Notes: a model not told the origin generated them from the letters alone. Counted from the stretch's first letter, positions 1-13,769 are shown. The stretch: DNA of 64,000 bases from Mobula hypostoma (GCF_963921235.1 NC_086108.1:68140001-68204000), one strand, 5' to 3'. Translations and numbers: made by a program.

Positions 1-221
1 CTGCAAGTAAAATCACTTTCAAAGCAACGATCTGAAAAAAAAAATCCATGACTTTGACTCCCTGAAATATTGGAAGTTGATGATGATGATGATGATCTGG
101 ATTAGTGATAAACCAGAACTAAGACTATTATCATTGTATGAAAACTTTCATGATAACACACAGATCCCCACGAGTGAGAAAAGGAGTGCAATGAAGATAA
201 TTAACTGAAAGTTATTAAAGC

Positions 222-260
222 TGGGCATGTGGCCAAGTGGTTAAGGCATTCATCTAGTTA
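222..260 (+). mobile_element. 5' head of a tRNA-derived SINE (left half, split by the CR1 at 261-2536)
   Basis: GGCATGTGGCCAAGTGGTTAAGGCATTCATCTAGT contains a box-A-like TGGCCAAGTGG and matches the head of the intact SINE at 37996-38304. The sequence resumes at about 2537. Confidence 0.8.
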
Positions 261-2536
261 GAAACCATAGAAACAATAGAAACTACAGCACAGAAACAGG
301 CCTTTTGGCCCTTCTTGGCTGTGCCGAACCATTTTCTGCCTAGTCCCACTGACCTGCACACGGACCATGTCCCTCCATACACCTCCCATCCATGTATCTG
401 TCCAATTTATTCTTAAATGTTAAAAAAGAACCCACATTTACCACCTCGTCTGGCAGCTCATTCCATACTCCCACCACTCTCTGTGTGAAGAAGCCCCCCC
501 TGATGTTCCCTTTAAACTTTTCCCCCCTCACCCTTAACCCATGTCCTCTGGTTTTTTTCTCCCCTTGCCTCAGTGGAAAAAGCCTGCTTGCATTCACTCT
601 ATCTATACCCATCATAATTTTATATACCTCTATCAAATCTTCCCTCATTCTTCTACGCTCCAGGGAATAAAGTCCCAACCTATTCAACCTTTCTCTGTAA
701 CTGAGTTTCTCAAGTCCCGGCAACATCCTTGTAAACCTCTTCTGCACTCTTTCAACCTTATTTATATCCTTCCTGTAATTTGGTGACCAAAACTGAACAC
801 AATACTCCAGATTTGGCCTCACCAGTGCCTTATACAACCTCATCATAACATTCCAGCTCTTATACTCAATACTTTGATTAATAAAGGCCAATTTACCAAA
901 AGCTCTCTTTACGACCCTATCTACCTGTGATGCCACTTTTAGGGAATTTTGTATCTGTATTCCCAGATCCCTCTGTTCTACTGCACTCCTCAGTGCCTTA
1001 CCATTAACCCTGTATGTTCTACGATGGTTTGTCCTTCCAACGTGCAATACCTCACACTTGTCAGTATTAAACTCCATCTGCCATTTTTTAGCCCATTTTC
1101 CAGCTGGTCCAAGTCTCTCTGCAGGCTCTGAAAACCTTCCTCACCGTCTACTACACCTCCAATCTTTGTATCATCAGCAAACTTGCTGATCCAATTTACC
1201 ACATTATCATCCAGATCATTGATATAGATGACAAATAACAATGGACCCAGCACTGATCCCTGTGGCACACCACTAGTCACAGGCCTCCACTCAGAGAAGC
1301 AATTCTCTACCACCACTCTCTGGCTTCTTCCATCGAGCCAATGTCTAATCCAATTTACCACCTCTCCATGTATACCTAGCGACTGAATTTTCCTAACTAA
1401 CCTCCCATGCGGGACCTTGTCAAAGGCCTTACTGAAGTCCATGTAGACAATATCCACTGCCTTCCCTTCATCCACTTTCCTGGTAACCTCCTCGAAAAAC
1501 TCCAATAGATTGGTCAAACATGACCTACCACGCATAAAGCTATGTTGACTCTCCCAGGTAAGTCCCAGTCTATCCAAATGCTTGTAGATTCTGTCTCTTA
1601 GTACTCCTTCCAATAACTTACCTACTACCGACGTTAAACTTACTGGCCTATAATTTCCAGGATTACTTTTCGATCCTTTTTTAAACAACGGAACAACATG
1701 AGCCACTCTCCAATCCTCCGGCACCTCACCTGTAGACAGCGACATTTTAAATATTTCAGCCAGGGCCCCTGCAATTTCAACACTAGTCTCCTTCAAGGTC
1801 TGAGGGAACACCCTGTCAGGTCCCGGGGATTTATCCACTTTAATTTTCCTCAAGACAGCAAGGACCTCCTCCTTTTCGATCTGTACAGTTTCCATGATCT
1901 CACTACTTGTTTCCCTTAATTCCATAGACTTCATGCCAGTTTCCTTAGTAAACGCAGAAGCAAAAAACCTATTTAAGATCTCCCCCATTTCCTTTGGTTC
2001 CGCACATAGCCGACCACTCTGATCTTCAAGAGGACCAATTTTATCCCTTACAATCCTTTTGCTCTTAATATACCTGTAAAAGCTCTTTGGATTATCCTTC
2101 ACTTTGACTGCCAAGGCAACCTCATGTCTTCTTTTTGCCCTCCTGATTTCTTTCTTAAGTATTTTCTTGCACTTCTTATACTCCTCAAGCACCTTATTTA
2201 CTCCCTGCTTCCTATACACGTCATACAACTCATTCTTCTTCTTTATCAGAGTTGCAATATCCCTTGAGAACCAAGGTTCCTTATTCCTATTCACCTTGCC
2301 TTTAATCCTGACAGGAACATACAAATTCTGCACTCTCAAAATTTTTGCTTTGAAGGCTTCCCACCTACCGATCACATCCATGCCAGAGAACAACCTGTCC
2401 CAATCCAAGTTTTTTAGATCCTTTCTCATTTCTTCAAATTTGGCCTTCTTCCAGTTAAGAACCTCAACCCTAGGACCAGATCTATCCTTGTCCATGATCA
2501 AGTTGAAACTAATGGTGTTATGATCACTGGAACCAA
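261..2536 (-). mobile_element. CR1-clade LINE, young family, 5'-truncated ORF2 (RT) with one frameshift
   Basis: ORFs 990..2501 and 340..1077 contain KSPGPD, NYRPVSLTS, YMDFSKAFDKVPH, GVPQGSVLGP, KFADD and LEYCVQFWSP. There is a 1-nt frameshift near 1085-1100. The tandem 3' tail reads (GAAACCATA)n on +. AGTTA (256-260 and 2537-2541) is a candidate TSD. Confidence 0.95.
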
Positions 2537-2728
2537 AGTTACCTCAAGGTTGCTAGTTCGAGCCTCAGCTGTGGTAGTGTGTTTGTGTCCTTGAGCAAGA
2601 CACTTAATCACACATTGCTCTAGTCTGTGCGAGGTGTGGCACCCCACATAGACTTCCAACATGTGCCTTGTAAGGCATGAAAATGCCCAACACAGGCCTC
2701 CCATGGTCTGAGTCAACGTTCCCTCCCC
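2537..2728 (+). mobile_element. tRNA-derived SINE, right half (box B, core and C-rich tail)
   Basis: Box-B-like AGTTCGAGCC followed by GTGTCCTTGAGCAAG, shared with the 37996 SINE. The 3' tail is shared with 27114-27221. Confidence 0.8.
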
Positions 2729-2780
2729 TATGAAAGCTCACCTTCCACCGGAAAGGAAAACAAAAATTATTAAACAAGAA

Positions 2781-2988
2781 ACATACATCAAAGTTGCTGG
2801 TGAACGCAGCAGGCCAAGCAGCATCTATAGGAAGAGGCGCAGTCGACGTTTCAGGCCGAGACCCTTCGGGTCTTGGCCTGAAACGTCGACTGCGCCTCTT
2901 CCTATAGATGCTGCTTGGCCTGCTGCGTTCACCAGCAACTTTGATGTATGTTGCTTGAATTTCCAGCATCTGCAGAATTCCTGTTGTT
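2781..2988. mobile_element. Penelope terminal-repeat-derived inverted-repeat insertion
   Basis: Near-perfect inverted arms of about 85 bp around CCC-TTC-GGG, matching the Penelope end at 15193-15285. A 15-bp TSD ATTATTAAACAAGAA lies at 2766-2780 and 2989-3003. Confidence 0.9.
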
Positions 2989-3449
2989 ATTATTAAACAA
3001 GAAGTGCATTTGCTGCATTGATTTGCTATCAAGAATTAAATTTTCAATCAGATATCATAACTACCAACTGGGATTAATGAAAATTTCATCACTCTCCAAT
3101 TGAAACAGAATAATCAGCAGTTTGAAATCACCTTCAGTGGATATGCCCATATTTAGACTCCATAAACATGTTTTATGCCAGTCTCGTTCATGTTCTCCTT
3201 GCTATTACTATCTTATTACAAAAATTATCTGTATTTGAAATTTCAGCACAAGAATTGGAAGAGCACAATCCTTCAGACTGGTACTGTTGACAAATAGGAA
3301 AGGATAATTAGTGTCTGCCTCCTTTTCACCAGATATGCTGAGCATAGTTTTATGATGATAAACATAACGTTTAAATTGCATATTTTTTAAATTTGTCTTC
3401 TTGTATCACAAGGTAACATAAGAAGACAAATAAAAAGCAGTATAGAAAC

Positions 3450-3760
3450 ACTCACATGTATAAAATCTGTATCTGCTGGACAGCTGAATGCAAAGAGTCT
3501 GGGTGGGCCTAAAGGATGTTCACATCAGCAGGCTCATGAAGAGTCCTGACAACTGCAAGACCATCAGCTCGTTAACATCTATAATGCTTTACAGGAAAGC
3601 TGCAATATAATGCATACTGACCAAAGGACTTCAAAGGTCTTATAAAAGGCTGTTGCTTCAAGATCATGTAAAAGGCAAGCAGCTGAAGCAAAGCATGACT
3701 AAAGGACTTTCTATCCTTCCTGACTGACTACTTGTGGTCAGCTGAAAAACTCCTCATCCT
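3450..3760 (+). mobile_element. Highly decayed RTE-like LINE 3' relic (tentative)
   Basis: The translation KSVSAGQLNAKSLGGPKG resembles the RTE C-terminal LYGQL..R..GGP motif. Many stops. Confidence 0.35.
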
Positions 3761-3804
3761 TGTCAGTGTCGATAAGTCATCTTCCACTTCATCTCTTTGC
3801 GTCT

Positions 3805-5320
3805 TTTAAAGAGCATTAAACTGGACAAGTCCCCAGGGCCAAATGAGATAGACCCCAGGTTATTGAGAGAGGCAAGTGAAGAGATTGCTGGGGCCTTGTC
3901 CAATATCTTTGTGTCCTCTAGCCACAGGCAAGGTCCCGAAGGACTGGTGAGCAGCTAATGTTGTTCTATTATTCAAGAAGGGAGCCAGGGATAATCCTGA
4001 CAACTATAGACCAGTAAATCTGATGCCAGTGGGAGGGAAGGTACTAGGGAGAATTCATTGGGATAGGATTTATGAGCATATGGAAAATCATGGCCTAATT
4101 AGGAGGAGCCAGTATGTCCTTGTGCAGGTCAAGCCACGCTTTACTAACTTGATTGAGTTCTTGACAAGATGATGAGGTGATGAGGGTGATTGATGAAGGT
4201 AGAGCTGTGGATATCCTCTACATGGATTTTAGTAAGGCATTTGAAAATATCCCTCATGGGCGGCACATGCAGAAGATTAAGGTGCATGGTGAATTGTTGT
4301 TTGGATTCAAAACTGGCTTGTCCATTGAAGGCAGAAGGTAGTGGTCAAAAGGACTTATTCTAGCTGGAGGTATGCAATTAGTGGTGTTCCACAAGAACCT
4401 CTACTGGGACCTCTGCTGTATATAATTGACCTGGATGCAAATGTAGGTGGGCGGTGGGTTAGTAAGTTTGCAGATGATACAGAGATCGGTAGTGTAGTGG
4501 ATAGCATAGATGACTGGCAAAGAATGCAGACAGATATACATCAATTATAGATATGGGCAAAGAAATGATAGATGGAGTTTAACCCATTCAAATATGAAGT
4601 ATTGCACCTTGGTAGGTTGAATTTAAAGAGACAGTACACTGCTAAGGGCGAGACCCTTAATGGTGTTGAGGAGCAGTATTGGAGTCCATGTTCATAGCTC
4701 CCCGAAATTGCCTACACAGGTTGATCGGGTGGTTAAGAAGGCATATGGCATGATTGCCTTTATTACTTGAGGCATTGAGTTTTATATCAGAAAGTTATGT
4801 TGCAGCTTTATGGAAATGTAGGATGCATGTTGAGGCTTTGGAGAGAGTGGGGAAGATGTTAACTAGGATGCTGCCTTGATAAGAGGGCTTGTGTTATTGC
4901 TAGAGGTTAAACAAACTTGGGCTGTTTTCTCTGGAGCAGCAGAAGCTGAGGGGAGATCTATCAGAGGTTCATAAGATTATGCGAGGCGTAGATAGAGTAG
5001 ACAGGCAATATCTTTTTCCTAGGGTTGAAATGTCTAATACCAGAAGGAATGCATTTAAGATGAGGGTTCAAAAGAGGTGTGAGAGACAAGATTTTTACAG
5101 AGAGAGTGGAGGATGCCTAGAATGCACTGCCTGGGGTAGTGGTAGGAGCAGATGCATTGGGGACTTTTAAGAGATGTTTAGATAGGTACATGAATGAAAG
5201 CAAAATGGAAGGATGTGGATACTGTGTAGGCAAAGGGGAATGGTTTAGTTGGCCATTTGATCACTAATTTAATAGGTTCAGCACAACATTGTGGGCTGAA
5301 GGGCCTGTTCCTGTGCTGCA
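3805..5320 (+). mobile_element. Older CR1 LINE ORF2 3' half, decayed
   Basis: Remnants of DKSPGP, NYRPV, YMDFSKAF, SGVPQ and SKFADDT, followed by a CR1-type 3' UTR (GGGCTGAAGGGCCTGTTCCTGTGCTG). Confidence 0.9.
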
Positions 5321-5429
5321 GTGGAAAGAAAGAAAATGTAAATATAAGAGGTACTGCAATGGCAGTAAAGATGCACCTTTGACCAATGAATGTGCCATCT
5401 ATCTAATGGATTTGTATAGTTTGTTGTTC

Positions 5430-6120
5430 ATCAGTCACTGAAAGTAAGCATGCAGGTACAGCAGGCAGTGAAGAAAGCTAATGGCATGCTGGCCTTCATA
5501 ACAAGGGGAATTGAGTATAGGAGCAAAGAGGTCCTTCTGCAGTTATACAGGCCCTGGTGAGACCACACCTGGAATATTGTGTACAGTTTTGGTCTCCAAA
5601 TTTGAGGAAGGACATTCTAGCTATTGAGGGAGTGCAGCATAGGTTCACGAGGTTAATTCCCGGGATGGCGGGACTGTCATATGTTGAAAGACTGGAGCGA
5701 CTGGGGTTGTGTACACTGGAATTTGGAAGGGTGAGAGGCTGATTGAAACATCTAAGATTATTAAGGGATTGGACACGCTAGAGGCAGGAAACATGTTCCG
5801 ATGTTGGGGGAGTGCAGAACCAGAGGCCACAGTTTAAGAATAAGGGGTAGACAATTTAGAACGGAGTTGAGGAGAAACTTTTTCACACAGAGGGTTGTGG
5901 TTCTGTGGAATGCTCTGCCTCAGAAGGCAGTGGAGGCCAATTCTCTGGATTCTTTCAAAAAAGGGTTAGATAGAACTCTTAAAAACAGCGGAGTCAAGGG
6001 ATATGGGGAGAAGGCAGGAAAAGGGTGCTGATTGTGGATGGTCAGCCATGATCACAGTGAATGGTGGTGCTGACTCGAAAGGCTGAATGGCCTACTCCTG
6101 CACCTATTGTCTATTGTTTA
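5430..6120 (+). mobile_element. CR1 LINE 3' fragment (second family)
   Basis: RPHLEYCVQFWSP and TRGHSLRI..FFTQRVV motifs, with a (CTATTGT) tail. Confidence 0.9.
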
Positions 6121-6184
6121 TTATATCTCAGTGATTGTACTTGTGAGGCACCATTAGACCTAGAGGTTACCCTGATTCTACATA

Positions 6185-8650
6185 ATAAGACCAGAACTAG
6201 ATATAGGAACAGAATTAGGCCATTTGGCCCATCAAGTCTACTCCACCATTTCATCATGGCTGATCCATTTCCCCTCAAGCACTAACCTCAGCCTTCCTCT
6301 CCCCACCTCGAATCCCTTCATGCCCTGACAAATCAAGAATCTATAAAACTCTGCCTTAACATAAAGACTTGGCCTCCACAGCTGCCTGTTGCAAAGAATT
6401 CCACAGATTCATTACTCTCTGGCTAAAGAAATTCCTCCTCATCTCCATTCTAAAAGGACATCCCTCAGTTCTGAGGCTGTGTCCTCTAGTTTCAGATTTC
6501 CCACCATTGGAAACATCCTCTACACATCCACTCTATCAAGGCAATTCACCATTTGATAGGTTTCAATTAGGTCAGAATCAACGGCATTTGTCGTGAAATT
6601 TGTGTAATATAGCGGCAGCAGTACAATGCAATACAAGATAATATAGGGGAAAAACTATCATTCACACCTCATTATTCTGCATTCCAGTAAATATAGGACT
6701 AGAGCCTTCAAAACCTCTTCATATGACAAGCTGTTCAATATTCAAAGTTCAAAGTAAAATTCATTATCAGAGAACATACATGTCACTGCATACAACCCTG
6801 AGATTCTTTTTCCGCAGGCATACTTAGCAAATCTATCCTACAGTAACTACCGTAAAGAGAATCAATGGACAACAAACTGCAAATACAAATATAAATAAAC
6901 ATCGATAAATAACAAATATGAAATAACAAGATAAAGAGTCCTTAAAATGAGACATTGGTTGTGGGAATACCAGAAGTCAAATGAGTGTAGTTATCCCCTT
7001 TTGTTCATGGCTGAGGGGTAGTAACTGTTCTTGCACCTGGTGGTGCAAGTCCTGAGGCATTTCTACCTCCCTGAAATCCTGGAATCCTGGAATTATTTTC
7101 ATGAATCTCCTTTGAACTCTCTCCAGTTTCAGCACATACTTTTGAAGGTAAGGGCCCAAAGCTGCTCACAGTACTCTAAAGGAGACCTCACCAGTGCTTT
7201 ATAAAATCTCAACATTACATCCTTGCTTTTATATTCTAGTCCTCTTAAAATATATGCTAACATCACTTTTGCCTTCCGCACCACAGACACAACATGCAAA
7301 TTAACCTTTAGGAAATCCTGCACAGGGACTCCCAAGTCCATTTGCACCTCAGAGTTTTGTATTTTCTACTTAGAAAAAGTCAACCCTTTCGTTTCTTCTA
7401 CCAAAGTACATGACCATACACTTCTCAACATTGTATTCCATCTGCCACTTCTTTGTCTATTCTCCTAACCTATGTGTCCTTCTGTAGCCTCTCTACTTCC
7501 TCAAAACCACCCACCCCTCCACCTATCTTCATTTCATCCACAAACATTGCAACAAAGCCATCAATTCCACCATCCAAATCATTGACATATAGCGTAAAAA
7601 TAATCAGTTCCAACACAGGTCTCTGTAGAACACTACTAGACACCAGCAGCCAACCAGAAAAGGCTCCCTTTATTCCCACTCTTTGCCCCTGCCAATCAGC
7701 CACTGCTAGAATCTTTCCTTTAATACCATGGGCTTGTGGTTGTTAAGCAGCCTCAGTTGTGGCACCTTTTCAAAGACCTTCCAAAAATCCAAATACAGAC
7801 ATCAACCAGTTCTTTCTTGTCTAACCTGCTTGTTATTTCTTCAAAGAATCCCACCAGATTTGTCAGTCATGATTTTCCCTTAAGGAAACCATGCTGACTA
7901 TGGCCTATTTTATTATGTGCCTCCAAGTACCCCAAAACCACAACCCTAACGATCAACTCCAACATTCTCCCAACCACTGAGGTCAGAGTAACTGGCCTAT
8001 AGTTTCCTTTCTTCTGCCTCTGTCCCCTCTTGAAGAGTGGAGAGACATTTCCAATTTCCCAGTCTTGCGGAACCATACCAGAATCTAGTGATTCTTGAAA
8101 GATCCATGATCTTTTCAGAGACCTCTTTCAGAACCCCGGAGTGTACACCATCTGGTCCAGGTGATTTATTTACCTTCAGAACTTTCAGTTTCCCAAGTAA
8201 CTTCATACACTTCATGACCTCTGACACCTGAAACTTCCACCCTACTGCTAGCATCTTCCACACTGAAGACTAATGCAAAATACTTATTCAGTTTGACCAC
8301 CATTTTCTTGTTCCCCTTTATGACCTCTCCAGCAGTATTTTCCAGCAGTCCAATATCTACTCTCACCTCTCTTTTACACTTTATGTATCTGAAGAGTGTT
8401 TAGGTATCCTCTTCAATATTACTGGCTAGCTAACTTTTGTATTCCATCTTTACCTTCTTAATGATATTTTAAGTTGCCTTCTGTTGGTTTTTAAAAACTT
8501 CCCAATCCTTTAAATTCCCACTAATTTTTGCTTTATTATATACCCTTTCTTTGGCTTTTATATTGGCTTTGACTTCTCTTGTTAGCCACGGTTGTGTCAT
8601 CTTGCCTTTAGAACACTTCCTCCTCTTTGAGACGTAGATATCCTGCACCT
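6185..8650 (-). mobile_element. Decayed CR1 LINE, interrupted by short inserts
   Basis: Minus-strand fragments KSPGPDG, NYRPVTLTSVVG and LEYCEQLWA. The 3' UTR lies at 6185-6350. Confidence 0.85.
6741..7070 (-). mobile_element. Rex1/Babar-type LINE 3' end inserted in the CR1
   Basis: The minus strand has CACCACCAGGTGCAAGAACAGTTACTACCCCTCAGCCA (TTR.KNSYYPSA) and a TTTGAA-type tail. Confidence 0.65.
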
Positions 8651-8651
8651 T

Positions 8652-9225
8652 AGAAACATAGAAAACCTACAGCACAATACAGGCCCTTCGGCCCACAAAG
8701 TTGTGCCGAACATGTCCCTACCTTAGGGCTTACCTATAGCCCTTGTTTTTCTAAGCTCCATGTACCTATCCAAAAGTCTCTTAAAAGACCCTATCATATT
8801 TGCCTCCACCACTGTTGCCGGCAGCCCATTCCACGTACTCACCACTCTCTGCATAAAAACCTTACCCCTGATATCTCCTTTGTACCTACTCCCCAGCACC
8901 TTAAACCTGTGTACTCCTGCGGCAACCACTTCAGCCCTGGGAAAAAGCCGCTGACTATCCACACGATCAATGGCTCTCATCATCTTATACACCTCTGTCA
9001 GGTCATCTCTCATCCTCCATCACTCCAAGGAGAAAAGGCTGAGTTCACTCAACCTGTTTTCATAAGGCATGCTCCCCAATCCAGGCAACATCCTTGTAAA
9101 TCTTTGCACCCTTTCTATGGCTTCCACATCTTTCCTGTAGTGAGGCGACCAGAACTGAGCACAGTACTCCAAGTGGGGTCTGACCAGGGTCCTATATAGC
9201 TGCAACATTACCACTTGGTTCCTCA
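8652..9225 (-). mobile_element. CR1 LINE 3' fragment
   Basis: ORFs 9020..9214 (RPHLEYCAQFWSP) and 8723..9013. The tail reads TAGAAACATAGAAA on +. Confidence 0.9.
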
Positions 9226-9574
9226 GATGAGGAATGAATAAATAAGAACAGAGGGAGAGTAACTTTCAAGATACTTTACCTCACCCAAGACTGAGGCGTA
9301 AAAGCCATTTTACAGACTGGTACGCTCAAAAAAGAATGGCCGCTCCTGTGTTGCTTGTATTTTCCCTTTATAATGAATCCCTTTCCGTGAATAGTTGCTC
9401 CTCAGATCAGGGAAAATGCTGCCTTTAAAATCTCGATCACCCTCCTGATTAAAAGGAAACTCCTATTACGCAGCCCTGATGTTGATTGTCTGGGAATAGG
9501 TAAACAACATTCTCATTCTCCTTAGCCTTTACCAAAGAGAATTGACTTGATATGTTTATGAGGAAAGTGATATA

Positions 9575-10143
9575 CATCAGTGGCCACTTTATTAGGGACC
9601 TCTTCTGTCTAATAGAGTGGTCACTTTGGGTATGCTTGTGGTCCTGTTCTGCTGTAGCCTATCCATTCCAAGGTTTGACATGCTGTGAGTTCTGAAACAC
9701 TCCTCTGTGCTCCACTGTTGAAATAGGTGGATATCTGAGTTAATCTGCCTTCCTCACAGCTTGAACCAGTTTGGCTATTCTCCTCTGACCTCTCTCATTA
9801 GCAAGGCATTTTCACCTTCAGAACTGCCTCTCACTGGATTTTTTGTTTCTTTTGTTTTTTTGCTCCATTCTTTGTAACTCTAGACACACTTGTGTGAAAA
9901 TCCAAAGGGGTCAACAGTTTCTGAGATACTCAAACCACCCCATCTGGGACCATTGATCATTCCACGGTGAAGGTCACAGGTCACTTTTTTCCCCATTCTT
10001 ATATTTGGTCTGAACAACAAATGAACCTCTTGATCATGTCTGCATGCTTTTATGCATTGAGTTGCTGCCACATGATTGTCTGATAATATATTTGCATTAA
10101 TGAGCAGCCGTACAGGTGTACCTAATAAAGTGGCCACTGGGTG
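9575..10143. mobile_element. Non-autonomous Tc1/mariner-type MITE
   Basis: TIRs CATCAGTGGCCACTTTATTAGG and CCTAATAAAGTGGCCACTGGGTG, with TA on both flanks (9573-9574 and 10144-10145). Confidence 0.85.
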
Positions 10144-10177
10144 TATATGGTTCTCTCTCAATACAATTGTAGTCTTT

Positions 10178-11520
10178 TAATTATTCAAAATTGTTTAATG
10201 TCATTTCCAGTACATAAGTGTAAAGGAGAACAGAACACTTGTTACTCCGGATCAGATGAAGTACCAGAAAAGCACACATATTAGATAAAGAATATAATTA
10301 TTAAAAAAACACAATAAATATAAATAAATTCCTTGGTGTCCACACTTCCAAGGATCTCAACTGGTCCCTGAACTCCTCCATCCTGATCAAAAAGGCACAA
10401 CAGCGCCTTTATTTCCTGCTGAGCATCAAGAAAGTTCACTTCTGTCCCAGGATACTGATGGACTTTTACCACTGTATCATTGAGAGCATACTCACCAACT
10501 GCATCTCAGTGTGGTATGGCGATTGTCTCGTATCGGACCGCAAAGCACTCCAGCAGGTGGTGAAAACTGCCCAGCAGATTATCAGCACCCAATTGCCCTC
10601 CATTAAGAACATCTACCATAAACGCTGCTTTATCAAGGATGCATCTCACCCTAACCATGGACTTTTTACTCTCCTCCCATCCGGTAGGTACTACAGGAGC
10701 CTCTGCTCCCGCACCAGCAGGCACAGGAAGAGCTTCTTCCCTGAGGCTGTGACCCTGCTGAACCTCACATCACAGCATCTAAGCAGTATTGCACTCATAT
10801 TGTACTGTCTCAGTACTTTTATATTTGTGTGCTGTAGCACTTACTTTTTATTCGCAGTTATTTTGTAAATAACACTACTCTTTGCATTTCTGGTTAGATG
10901 CTAACTGCATTTCATTGGCTTTGTATCTGTACTCGGCACAATGACAAAAATGCTGAATCTAATCTAATCTAAATATAGATACATAAGGCAGTTTATATAC
11001 ATAGATTGATCGTATGTATACCCATAAAGTGATGCTTACTGCTTGCGGATTGGAACTGTTTCTGAGCCTGGTGGATGCTAAATAGACATTTCTCTGATCT
11101 GTGTGGGATAAACAGTCCATGAGCAGGATAGGTGGGATCTTTCATGATATTTCTAGCCATTTTCTGGCATCTTTCTGTGTATATGTCCTTAACGTCAGGT
11201 AGGCTTCTGCCAGTGATAGGTTGGGCAGTATTTGCTACCCATTGTAGAGCTTTCCTGTCTGGCACATTGCAGTGATGCAGCATGTTAGGATGCTCTCTAC
11301 TGTGGATCTGTAGAAGGCATGAGTAGAGACGTTAGTGAGCTTTCTTGATGTGTAAAATGTACTCTAGGACCATGAGAAGTTGAGTGAGATATGTACTCCC
11401 AAAAATTTGAAACTGCTCACAATTTCCACTGATAGAGAGCTGGGTGTGAGTGGTGCAAGTTCTTCTTTGTCTTGTTGACCTTGAGGAAAAGGTTATTTGC
11501 CTGGCACCAGGCCTCGATTA
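10178..11520 (-). mobile_element. Rex1/Babar-type LINE 3' fragment, split by the opposite-strand copy at 10330-10970
   Basis: ORF 10993..11283 reads DRKALQWVANTAQPITGRSLP..KDPTYPAHGLF. The A-rich 3' UTR complement is at 10178-10328. Confidence 0.75.
10330..10970 (+). mobile_element. Rex1/Babar-type LINE 3' fragment
   Basis: KKAQQRLYFL, FYHCIIESILTNCISVWYG and HPNHGLFTLLPSGRYYRS motifs, with an (AATCT)n tail. Confidence 0.85.
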
Positions 11521-13738
11521 TGCCTTAAACTTCACATGATTAATTAGATGAAGAAATTTTTTTCTCAGTTACAGAGTTCTTTTGCTTGCTTGTGATTATG
11601 CTTTCCTGTCAGCTATCTCAATTTTTTGCCCTGCTTGTAACAATAAGGTCTCTCTCAGATTGCCTCATTCATCGGGCCCTGTGATGACCATTGGGTCTTG
11701 GATTACAAAGAACTTTTGTTTGGGCATGGCTTTTACAGGGCAAGTGTGATACATGATCTGAATTGCAAAAAGACAACGAATAAAGATTTTCCTTTTTTAT
11801 GTTAATAATAACCAATACTGACTTTTCAATCACAAAAAATAATATGTCTCTAATAAGGAAGGTAATACCAGTCCACTCATATGTTACCTACACTGAAAGG
11901 AAACAAAACCTGTTTTGCACTGCACTTTTTCTCACAAGCCTTTTCTAACCTAATTTTAATGTAAACAGATTCCAACAGTGTGATTTATCCACAGGAGCAG
12001 ATGGTTCCTGATACTTCCATTTGACTAAGATACGGTGGTGATGTGATATATTTCATTAAGGCCAATATTAATCAACTTACCTTAATTGATAGAATCATGT
12101 ATGGTAAGTGCTAAAACTATGGGTGGCAAAAAAATGAGTCAATAGGGATTTGACAAACACGCATTTCTAAATTAGTAGATGCCCTGTCAGTTGATGCCCT
12201 GTTTGCAATTTGGAAGAAAACAGATTTGCTTTAATTAAACAATATGCAAGCTACACTGCAGCTTAGGAATCAAGTCATGTATTCAGTCAAACCAGCTTCA
12301 GTTCTGCAAAATTAACGGCAGTTTTAAATGGTACAATAAAGTAAGTATATGCAGATACATACAAGTGAAATTGCATAAACATTGATATTCTATATCAGCA
12401 CTGAGGACTCTTTCCTCTTTGAATTACAAATTTTAAAAATATAGTGAATCAATATTCCATTAGTTATCTAATGTTTTATAAAGCTGCTTTTGCTTATCAT
12501 AAACATATAAATTATTAAATTAATTATATTCAAGCTTCCGATTAACCCCTTAAGTTTCTATTATAGGCATTTTAAACTATATTTCTCACAAAGTTGACAT
12601 TATTAATCATACATTACAATCCAAAATTTCACCAAGCTAAGTTATAAAGATACAAACAAAGCACTGGATTTCACCACGAGGAGAATATGCCAAGAAACTA
12701 GTTTTCTTAGTACTGGTGTACTTTCTGCAAAAAATAATTCCTTGCATGACAACCAGCACAAATTCCCCTGCTGTTGCATTGTGAACTTAAATCACAATTA
12801 TTAGTTTGTTATGCAAAGAGACCAGAAGACATAGGAGCAGAATTAGGCCATTCAGCCCCTCGAGTCTGCTCTGCCATTCCATCATCATCATGGCTGATCT
12901 CACATCCCACTCAACCCCATACACCTGCCTTCTTGTCATATCCTTTGATGCCCTGACCGATCAGGAAACTATCAACTTTCACCTTAACTATACGCATGGA
13001 TGTGGCCTCCGTGGACTCGATAGTCTGATGGGCCTGTTCTGTGCCATAGTGTTCTGTGACTCTAACTTTCCATCCTAGCCAACACTCTGATGAGTCTTGT
13101 CTGCATTCTTTTCAATGCAATCACATCCTACCTATAGCGTGGTAACTAGAAATACACACATTATTTGACCTGTGACTTGCTCCTTTACTCTACGTTCCAG
13201 CCAATGTGGTTGAGCACCATGGATGACTTCTTTACCCCATCTACCTGTGTTGCCACCTCAGAGGTCTTTGGATGTACACCGAAGTTCTTTTGTACCTCAG
13301 TAATCCTCAATAGTCGTAACTTTATTTGACCAACCCCACCTCCAGAGTGATGTATCTTACGCTAATCAGGAATTATCTCTATTGTCCATTGCTCTGCTAG
13401 AGCAATCTTCTCCCTTGCCTCTCATAGCAGCCTGGGATACATCTTAACAATTTCTTAGAGTTTATACCTGCTAAAGTATTTAATAAGTGCTTCTTTTCAA
13501 ATTTAATATGCTCTGGAATTTCACAATTCAAACTGGAAACTCCAACAATAATTTCTTTCACCTCAATAAAAAATAGTCATTCAAAATATTGACCATTGTC
13601 CCTTTGGTGAACGGGCAACATCTTGCAATTCTTTTGTTTTAAGTACACCACGTACATAGGATGATTTGACATTATTTCTTAATCTTACCTGTCGGAAAAA
13701 TTTTATGTCACTTTCTTGCCTTCCTAATTTCTTTTAAG

Positions 13739-13742
<4 letters not shown>

Positions 13743-13769
<27 letters not shown>
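13743..13769. repeat. (TC)n microsatellite
   Basis: Direct observation. Confidence 0.95.

Noticed and set aside
392..670. Recurrent 92-aa ORF (also 20166-20444 and 46762-47040) as a gene family
   Set aside because: It is an antisense shadow frame of near-identical CR1 copies.
13086..13110. CTGATGA as another hammerhead core
   Set aside because: There is no downstream stem II or GAAA, and no flanking stem I.
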